From Candidatus Gottesmanbacteria bacterium (GTDB lineage Bacteria > Patescibacteriota > Microgenomatia > UBA10105 > UBA927), in the NCBI GenBank assembly GCA_963790805.1, contig CAWBPL010000002.1, positions 320,696 through 384,695 of the forward strand: DNA of 64,000 nt, given 5' to 3'. The notes under the pieces were generated by a model. That model was not told the DNA's origin. It did not search any database and saw only the letters and a list, made by a program, of their open reading frames with translations. Of this stretch, positions 56,615 through 64,000 are shown one piece after another (within the stretch, counting starts at the first letter, position 1; the number at the start of each line of letters is the position of its first letter). Position numbers and translations under genes: made by a program.

Positions 56615-56759
56615 ATCTACATAATGCTCGGTTTTTCCCGCACCACTTTCCCGATTTCATCGGGATTAGTGTGCGGGATCCCGAAGTCGTAATCCGCCGG
56701 AGGCGGAAACGTACTTCTGGGACAAGACCGCCGCACTAGACCAACTATGCGACCCTTCC
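56615..56759 (-). other. orphan tRNA-Ser 5' half followed by two stable hairpins
   Basis: The first 28 or so nt (GGAAGGGTCGCATAGTTGGTCTAGTGCG) match tRNA-Ser(GGA) apart from one indel. I found no T arm and no 3' acceptor strand. Confidence 0.4.
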
Positions 56760-56877
56760 TAAAGTGCGTTAATACTTTTCGTATTCCTCAAAATCGTCTT
56801 CGATTTTGAAAAGGAGAAGTCAACGAGCGGGAAGCGTCCATTTATGGATGCGACAAGCGAGTTGTACTTCGACGCAG

Positions 56878-56962
56878 CGGAGAGTGTGGGAGTTGAACCC
56901 ACTCAGGACTATTCATCCCGCAGGTTTAGCAAACCTGTGCATTACCGTTCTGCCCACTCTCC
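56878..56962 (-). tRNA. tRNA-Ser(GCU)
   Basis: GGAGAGT acceptor stem, the anticodon arm CAGGT-TTGCTAA-ACCTG, a long variable arm and the T arm GTGGG-TTCAACT-CCCAC. Confidence 0.85.
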
Positions 56963-57119
56963 AAAGCAATTATATTATTCAAGTCTTTTTCCCTGTGTCC
57001 TTTACTATGCAGTAAGGGATCCCGATTTTCTAAGCCTCACTTCTTGTTCGGCAACAAAATCGATGACATTCCTATTCTGGACACTCTCCAGCGCTTGAAT
57101 TATATCAGCAAAAAAGGCG

Positions 57120-57755
57120 TTAGTCTCTACTTTGAATAACCAGAGCTCTACCGTGGCTGAGCGTGATTTCACCTTGCCCGCCAATAAATTCGTTGCTGAT
57201 GCCGATGGTTTGACCGCGACGAATGATTGTATTCTTAATTTCGTACTTAAAATTCGATAATGTTACTTGAATTGATTGTGTAATTGGTACAAGCGATACA
57301 TACCGGTACCCTGCTCTCTTCTTTAATATTGTGCGACCTCTTCCGATTACCACTATTTCGTTGGTCCTATCCCGAAAAACCGTAAAAATTCCGAGCCTCA
57401 GACATCGTTCAAGAAGATGAATGGTTCCCAATACATGATCCAACCGCGTTCCGCTCCCCCCATACATGACAATGGATTTTGGTTTTTGACGAAGTGCATA
57501 TCGTAGTGCCAATTCGGTATCCGTAAAATCCTTCTCTGACGGAAAAGACTGTACCATCGGTACTTTTTTTCGAATAACCTTCAATTCTTCTTTATTCACC
57601 GAGTCAAAATCTCCTATTGCCACGCTGGGAATAACGCCATGCTGAATTAACCAATATGCTGCCCGATCAACTCCGATTATCACTTCATGTGCCTTAATCT
57701 CACGGATAAAATCTTCAAAAAGAACGCCATTCATCACTATTGCAATGTTTTTCAT
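57120..57755 (-). CDS. thiN: thiamine pyrophosphokinase
   Basis: The start MKNIAIVMNG overlaps the comF stop. It has the VAIGDFDS motif and the C-terminal beta domain. Confidence 0.8.
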   Translation of the reverse strand: MKNIAIVMNGVLFEDFIREIKAHEVIIGVDRAAYWLIQHGVIPSVAIGDFDSVNKEELKVIRKKVPMVQSFPSEKDFTDTELALRYALRQKPKSIVMYGGSGTRLDHVLGTIHLLERCLRLGIFTVFRDRTNEIVVIGRGRTILKKRAGYRYVSLVPITQSIQVTLSNFKYEIKNTIIRRGQTIGISNEFIGGQGEITLSHGRALVIQSRD

Positions 57756-57756
57756 A

Positions 57757-58443
57757 TCATCGGGCCATCGTAACGCCCCAAACGTATTGTACTCCCTGAC
57801 GCTTGAGCACGCTAGCTGCCGCACGCATGGTAGCACCTGTCGTAAAAACATCGTCGAATAGTAAAATATTTTTGTATTGGAATACGCCGGAAATCTTTGA
57901 AACAGAAAACACATGCTCCATATTCCGCAATCGTTCTTTGCGATCCTTTTCTACTTGCGGCGTTGTCAATTTTGTCCGCTTGAGTAAATCAACCCGTACG
58001 GGAATGTGCAACCGATTGGCAACAAGGCCTCCCAATGTTTCCGCCTGATTAAATCCCCGATACCGCAGGCGGGATACATGGAGCGGTATGGGGACTAATG
58101 CTGTTGTCGCGTCACCCGCGAGTGAGCGCACTTCATACGCGGATAACGGAACCAGATTCACGATTTCCGAAGCCAAATCGCGAACAAATCGGTATTTAAT
58201 CGTCTTTATCGCGTCGCGTACAACCGTGGTGTAATAAAAGAAGCTGGTTAACCCGTCTGGGGTATATCTCGTCCGGCATTTGGGATGCGTAATACCCGCT
58301 ATTGCCGGCTTTTCGCACACAGGACAGATACATTCATTGGGTGCAATCGGAGTTATTAATTTCCGACATGCACGACAAACATAGCGTCCTATTTTTCCGC
58401 AGCCGACGCAGCGTTTGGGAAAAATCAAATCCAAAATTTCCAC
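57757..58443 (-). CDS. comFC: ComF-family phosphoribosyltransferase-domain protein
   Basis: N-terminal Cys4 (CVGCG...CRAC...CPVC) and the PRTase motif ILLFDDVFTTGAT. Confidence 0.85.
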   Translation of the reverse strand: MEILDLIFPKRCVGCGKIGRYVCRACRKLITPIAPNECICPVCEKPAIAGITHPKCRTRYTPDGLTSFFYYTTVVRDAIKTIKYRFVRDLASEIVNLVPLSAYEVRSLAGDATTALVPIPLHVSRLRYRGFNQAETLGGLVANRLHIPVRVDLLKRTKLTTPQVEKDRKERLRNMEHVFSVSKISGVFQYKNILLFDDVFTTGATMRAAASVLKRQGVQYVWGVTMAR

Positions 58444-58477
58444 AAAAAATCTCCTTGTTTCTATTGTACAAGGAGAT
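58444..58477 (-). terminator. strong hairpin plus T-tract ending directly at the comF GTG start
   Basis: The minus strand reads ATCTCCTTGT-N9-ACAAGGAGAT followed by TTTTT, then GTG. Confidence 0.55.
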
Positions 58478-58746
58478 AGAATGTGGTGTCGTGATTACGA
58501 ACCGTTTTTCACTCAGACCTGTGGACATGTCGGGAAGCATATGGAAACAGCTTACAGAGTATATCTGGCGCTGGTCCGCTATACTTTCGCACGCCGTTTT
58601 TGTCCCGCCGAGCCGCTACAAATACGCGAAGCTCTCCTCTACCATATCACATATAGGAGTATGAAAATAACGCTAGGCTTAGATGCTTATATAAACCTCT
58701 CGAACAATAAAGTTTATTATCAACGGGGATTTGAGCTGTTATCCTC

Positions 58747-58774
58747 TTGCATATATTCTCAATATATGTATAAT
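58747..58774 (+). promoter_or_regulatory. sigma70-type promoter
   Basis: TTGCAT-N16-TATAAT, 22 nt before the ATG at 58797. Confidence 0.6.
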
Positions 58775-58796
58775 TATGCTTAGGTTAAACAAGGCT

Positions 58797-61700
58797 ATGA
58801 AAATAAATCCATCTCTACCAAAACTACTATCGATAAAGCAGGCGGCCGATATTCTTCATGTCCATCCAGAAACATTGAGGCGGTGGGATCGCCAAGGCCG
58901 ATTGAAAGCTGTTCGTGTCGGAACCCGACAAAATCTAGGCGATAGAAAATATAGGCTCAACGACATCGAACGATTAAGAAACGATAAAGCGGGCAGCAAT
59001 CCATTAAAGAGTAGTGAACCCGAACTTACCGCCCTACCAGAGCCAACTCAACTTACCGAAAGACAAAAAAAGATCTGGCAATATCTCACCGATACCAACC
59101 CCAAAGCCGCTGATGCATACGCAGGAGCAGTCAGAAGTTCGAGTGGATTTGCTAAATCCTGATCGTATCGCACAAGCAGCCCATTCTCTGCGCGAACTCA
59201 ACCTACTACTTGTGCCTAAGGATAAGCAAGAAAAATCCGGGAAAACCGAAGGCGATCATGTTGAAAGGATTAAGGCCTTCATGAAGTCTCAAGATCTTCT
59301 TGGTGGATTACCAGAAAACGTTGCCAAGAAAGTTGCTGGTCAATGGGTGGATACTCACGGTTGGTTTGTTGCGGTTGCCCATCATGGTCGAGTGCCAAAT
59401 GAAGACGAGTTTGACCATCAAATACAAATTCTTGAAAACATTATCGAATCACAAATCGGTCCGTTTTATAACTCCGTAGAAAAAATTGATCAACTCATAG
59501 CAATGAAGCGTCCCTCCCCGGCTGATCTGGTATCTCTACGAACTCTTATTAAGAAGCAGGCGCACTATGAATATTTTTTCAGGACGCTAAGTAGCACTCC
59601 ATGGTTACCAATATTGATTAAGGAAGGTTATTTTAAAAATCCTCCATCTTTAATAAGAGACGACGAGGGAAATATTCGATACCCAGCTTGGGTAGAATCT
59701 GAGTATTTAATAAAAATCGCCGATAAAAAGCCGGCGGAAGTGTGCGAATTGATATTAAACTCTCATGCGACTGATAACCCTTGGGTACACTGTGACTTTA
59801 TCGACGCGGCAATCAGGATGCCCAGTGCTATAGCTGCCAAGATAATCCCGAGAATACAACGAGAGAACTGGTTCGACACTCTTTTTATGTCGAGAACAGC
59901 TGATAAAGGTGGGGAACTTTTGGAAAAATTAGCCAAAGATGGTTTATTGGACGACGCTTGCGCTCTTGCCGGTTTATTGCTCGACGTTAAAAAGGTGGAA
60001 CAAAATAGCCCATTTAATGAAGATAAGGATAAAAAAACATTCGAAGCAAAGAGCTGTATCGACGATTGGCAATACGGACAAATACTCGAGAATAAGCTAC
60101 CGGCTTTGGTGGCAATTGAACCAATTCGAACCATCACACTACTAAGAGATCTTCTTGAAAAGGCGATTCGCCATGTCACCGGAAAAGCCGACTATGAGGA
60201 ACCTTTTATACTAAACTACAAAAGACCAGCGATAGAAGATAACGAGCAAAATTGGGCAAAAGAGGACGTAGAAAACCAACTAATAACTGCAATACGCAAT
60301 GCATTGAACTCGATCGACACAAAAAACCCGGATTTGCTAAAAAAAGCCACAGCATGCCTCTCTCACCCAGATGGTATTTACCGAATCATGTTGAAGCTTC
60401 AAATATACACATACAACAAAAACCCAAAAATCTTTGGGGAAGAAATTATCAGTGTCTTAAAAAATAAGCGCTACTTTTTTGACGAACAATTGACCCATGA
60501 ATACAAACAACTGCTTAGTACCAGCTATCCAACTCTCCCCAGGAAATTAAGGACTTAATTTTAGATTGGATCGACAAAGGTCCGGGTGGTAAATATACAG
60601 GCAAATATCTCGAATACTGGCAAACTCAAAAGCTGGATGTAATAAAAGACTCGCTTACCGAGTCGTGGAAGAAAAAATACGATGATCTCATCACACAATA
60701 CAAACCAGAACCTTCCGAATTCGGGGCACATGTTGGCACATGGGTTGGCCCTACTAGCCCAGAAAGCGAGGATAAGTTAGCGGCTAAAAATCCGGACGAA
60801 ATAATTAAGCTCATAACTGACTGGACACCAGTAAAGGATCCCATGGCGCCATCCCCCGAAGGACTTGGGAGGGTATTTGAGACAATCGTTGCGAAGGATG
60901 CTATTTCCTATGCCAAAAAATTCAAGCAAATCTTTGATGCAAAGGTCAGAGCAGTATACCTTTACCATCTCATCACGGGTATAAAAAACGCACTTAAACA
61001 AATACTAGCGATTGACTGGGACGACGTGTTACCGACTTTAAAAGAAATAACAGCAACCGAATCGCCATATGAATACCCACACGACGAGGGATTTTACGAA
61101 ACTGGCTGGAGTGGTGTCCGTAAATCGATTGTCGATCTCTTCGAAGAAATTCTCAAAAAAGATAGCAGCGAAATTAACTTCAAGTACCGCGATCAGGTTT
61201 GGGAAATTTTATCCAAATTGGTTGAAGATCCAGATCCAAACATTGAACACGAAAAAAAGTACGGTGGCCGCAACATGAATCCAGTAACACTCTCCATCAA
61301 CACAGTAAGGGGTGACGCGTTCCACGCGTTAATTCAGTACGCATTGTGGGTATCCCGAAATACTTATCCAGATGAAAAAAATACCATCCTAACACCAGAA
61401 GTAAGAGTCGTTTTAGAAAAACATCTGGATCCAAAGATCGACCCAACTGAAACGATTCGATCCGTATATGGACACTACTACCCAACCCTCTATTATTTGG
61501 ATAAACAATGGGCCACTGATTATCTAGATAAAATATTCCGGCCATTTGGCGATCCCCTTTCGTTAGCCGCATGGAGAACCTACGTCGGATATGCCTCACT
61601 CTGGATTCCGGTAGTAAAATTCTTAAAGCCGCTTTACCAAGAAGCTGTCGAACATTTAGACCCAAAGTCCAAAGGAGACGAAACAGATAATCGCATTGCT

Positions 61701-62285
61701 GAGCATTTAATGATTAGTTATTGGCGCGGAGACCTGGACCTAGCAGATAACCTACTGAAGGAATTTTATAAAAATGCTCCGGATACGGTCAGGGCACACG
61801 CCGCATGGTTCTTATGGAGATCTATTGAAGAGGCGAAGTTACAAAAAACATCACCTGAATGGAAAAGGTTAAAGCAACTATGGCAACAAAGGTTAAGTGA
61901 AGTCACAGAAAAGAGGTCAGATGAGATTTCAAGATTTGCAGATTGGCTAAGTAGTGCTCCCGAGGACATCAATGGGCTCTACGATCTCATTAAATCGACA
62001 ATTCCACACCTTACCCGCGGTTCAGATGTTGGGTATCTAGTTGGCTATTTAAAGGCAAATTTAGGAGCTAATATTGAATTGGTCGCAGATTTGCTGTTTG
62101 AAACAGTCAAAGAAAATACTGAAGACATTAAATATAGGATCCATGATCAGGATATAAGCAAGATATTGACTGCCGCTGTTCAGTCAAACTCAGTTAAGGC
62201 TCGTGATTTAGCAAATAAGGTAATAAACATGTTCGGCGAACGCGGGAATCATACCTTTAAAGGAATCTTGAGTAAAAGCGAATAA
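58797..62285 (+). pseudogene. large reading frame (about 1160 codons) with an N-terminal excisionase/MerR-type HTH, split into three frames (58797-59162, about 59116-60558, about 60530-62285)
   Basis: The third frame is open and protein-like for 95 codons upstream of its first ATG, and one extra C in the C4 run at about 60540 would join it to the second frame. The first junction is less certain, because an overlapping separate gene starting at the ATG at 59116 is also possible. Confidence 0.5.
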
Positions 62286-62769
62286 TAAATATGTATATTT
62301 TCAATCTCGTTACTTAACAAGTTGTACATTCCCGGTGCCTAAAATCCAACAATTTGTCCAAGACCCCACAACTAGACGCGACTCACAACCTCAAGGCGTA
62401 ATAAGACAACTGGCACACGCTTCAAAGTTAAAAACACGTCTTTTGTGCAAGACATATTTGGCAGACTTATGAATACTTAAACTAAGTCTGAAAAAGTCTG
62501 TATATTATTGCCGTGGGAATAAGAGATCGCCCGCAATACTATAAAGCTGCGGCCGCACAAGCCTCTTTGCGGGCGGATTGGCTACTAAGTAGCCTATGGT
62601 TATGACTGCCTCAGTTTTCGTAATTTCTCACGTTCAAGGTAATTCGAATTAAATTTACTGTCCGGCCGGCTGGATACTTAACGAAACCATCTTGCTAGTC
62701 GTATCAACCGTCATGGTATAAACCTTTCCGTTAAACGTCTGACTCGCCTGAAAATTCGCGTTCCCCGCG

Positions 62770-63264
62770 TCAAGCTGTCAAAGCATCGGCAAATGAACTG
62801 TTTATCCATGCCTCGCTTGATTGATCGATCGCCGCGCCAAACCCTGCCAAATACTTGAGCGCATCTCGGGTATCCGTTTCAGAACCGTTTGCTACTGCGG
62901 CTACCGAAATAGCTTGCAGATCCTGTTCAGGACCTACGAGGACAACTCGATTACTATCACTCACGGCTCCGTACGTTTCTAAGCCTTTAATGGGATCCAT
63001 CTTCACAAACGTAGCGGTGGGGTCAACTCGTGTAACCGCGGTCATGATTGCGCTTCTCGTGACACCGAGTCCTCCAGCTGTTTCTACTGTTGGAACCGAT
63101 GTAGGCTCTATATTTGGACTTACGGAAATTTGAACGGTGTTGCTCGTAGAGTTTGTACTGGTAGTCGGCATAGGAGGACCAACGATCTTCCCAATTATGG
63201 CAAGCGCCGAAATAATCAATATAGCTGTAATAATCTTGTGTTTCACAAACCAATTAATGTTCAT
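62770..63264 (-). CDS. signal-anchored hypothetical protein
   Basis: GGAGGTG Shine-Dalgarno 6 nt before the ATG, and an N-terminal TM. A protein-like continuation (DAGNANFQASQTFNGKVYTMTVD...) lies in another frame downstream of the stop. Confidence 0.55.
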   Translation of the reverse strand: MNINWFVKHKIITAILIISALAIIGKIVGPPMPTTSTNSTSNTVQISVSPNIEPTSVPTVETAGGLGVTRSAIMTAVTRVDPTATFVKMDPIKGLETYGAVSDSNRVVLVGPEQDLQAISVAAVANGSETDTRDALKYLAGFGAAIDQSSEAWINSSFADALTA

Positions 63265-63706
63265 AAATTCACCTCCTCTCTAAAACGTTTCGTAAATACG
63301 CAAAAAGCTCCCCGTCAGCGATAGCCTTGCGGCTACCTGCGCGGGTTTCCCCACACAGCCTAAGAGACGCTCTGACGAAGAGCTTACTGTCTCTTAGGAC
63401 TTTTAGTGCCATGCCCCGTTTGGGGTTGTAGGCTATTAAATTGTATCTGGATTATACCAACAAAAACACACATATAACACTTGGGGGGTCACTAATGACC
63501 CCCCCATCGGGGTTGTGAGCACCCCCGCTATAAATAGATTGTCATTATGGGCCGTAGTTAACTCCATTAGACATACGCTATTGTCATTTTTTGATAAAAC
63601 AATAGAAAACTAGAAACTATTCGAGGCTAGTTTCTTTCCGAAAATAAGGAATTCGTCAAAATCTGGTTCCCCACTTACGATTAGTAAGCTATATTCTTGT
63701 GGACAA

Positions 63707-63746
63707 GATCGGGCTTATACGTCCACAAGTAAGCCCGATCTTTTTT
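63707..63746 (+). terminator. 11-bp hairpin plus T6 immediately upstream of an ATG
   Basis: GATCGGGCTTA-N12-TAAGCCCGATC-TTTTTT-ATG. It is interleaved with a second 8-bp inverted repeat, TTGTGGAC/GTCCACAA. Confidence 0.5.
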
Positions 63747-63917
63747 ATGGAAAACACACTCTCTACAATCGCAAAACAAAACGTTACAGTTGTTGAAGCG
63801 CGGAGGATACTGGGAACCCGATACGTAAGTTTAAACGATGAAGAGTTAAAAAATATTCTTCGAGCGTTATATGCTTTGTCCGAAAAAGTCATTCAAAACG
63901 TAACAAAAACAATATGA
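63747..63917 (+). CDS. small hypothetical protein upstream of the recombinase
   Basis: 56 aa, overlapping the recombinase start by 4 nt. Confidence 0.35.
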   Translation: MENTLSTIAKQNVTVVEARRILGTRYVSLNDEELKNILRALYALSEKVIQNVTKTI

Positions 63918-64000
63918 GGGCACTAATTTATTGTCGGGTAAGTTCAGAACGACAAGTAGTTGATGGGCACGGCTTAGAAGGCCAAGAAAAACGATGCCGT
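63914..64000 (+). CDS. serine recombinase, N-terminal fragment (continues beyond the window)
   Basis: My own translation gives MRALIYCRVSSERQVVDGHGLEGQEKRCR, with the catalytic-Ser motif YCRVSS. Confidence 0.8.
   Translation, partial: MRALIYCRVSSERQVVDGHGLEGQEKRCR

Noticed and set aside
56615-56759. The orphan tRNA-Ser half as an intron-containing tRNA or a tRNA-Sec
   Set aside because: There is no GGTTCRANYC-type T arm, no 3' strand complementary to GGAAGGG and no UCA anticodon before the next tRNA begins.
57120-58740. A TPP riboswitch upstream of the comF and thiamine pyrophosphokinase pair
   Set aside because: A CTGAG(T)GA-like string is present, but the ordered THI-box elements (GGGG..CTGAGA..ACCC..GAACCTGATCYGGNTAATACCRGCG) are missing on both strands.
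62290-62650. Non-coding stretch with a long-range pairing (CGCCCGCAA...TTGCGGGCG, about 62530-62577) and the hairpin GGCTACT-a-AGTAGCC, as a possible ncRNA
   Set aside because: I recognised no known family and saw no clear promoter or terminator. I noted it but could not support a call from sequence alone.

Overview
This is a 64-kb, AT-rich bacterial window. The small gene sizes, many DUF-type and membrane proteins, an intron-bearing tRNA and frequent leaderless-looking starts suggest an uncultivated small-genome (Patescibacteria/CPR-like) lineage; that placement is inference only. All coordinates were worked out by hand, so expect errors of 1-3 nt. Layout: (1) 0.5-14.4 kb is a run of small, functionally unrelated, mostly minus-strand accessory genes. 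Their spacers carry at least 11 copies of a homologous intergenic repeat module, and several genes have a TATAAT box only 6-7 nt before the start codon. (2) 14.4-28.7 kb is a probable integrated element. It holds a decayed junk zone, a type I R-M locus (hsdR and hsdS intact, hsdM broken by two frameshifts), XRE and excisionase-type HTH genes, two paralogous membrane-protein genes behind a duplicated 52-nt promoter/operator, an HNH endonuclease, small phage-like genes, and a large serine recombinase whose ORF runs antisense into a tRNA. (3) 28.56-28.83 kb is a tRNA-Asn(GUU) split by a roughly 196-nt group I intron, next to a LAGLIDADG-like gene. (4) 29.6-52.5 kb is a core block: GH18, rpoD-dnaG, NUDIX, CDGSH, an OmpR/HK two-component system, a MacAB-type efflux operon, envelope glycosyltransferases, an ApbE/FMN-binding/RnfD-FNR flavin module, a surface protein and an FTR1 permease. 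Four TTTCAG-N5-TTTCAG direct-repeat sites in this block look like the response-regulator regulon. (5) 52.5-57.0 kb is tRNA-rich, with four tRNA-Ser isoacceptors, two tRNA-Arg behind conserved structured roughly 145-nt leaders, and an orphan tRNA-Ser 5' half. (6) 58.8-64 kb is a second accessory region, with a roughly 1160-codon HTH-fused reading frame broken by frameshifts, structured non-coding stretches, and the start of a second serine recombinase at the window edge. I saw no CRISPR array, rRNA gene or transposase.
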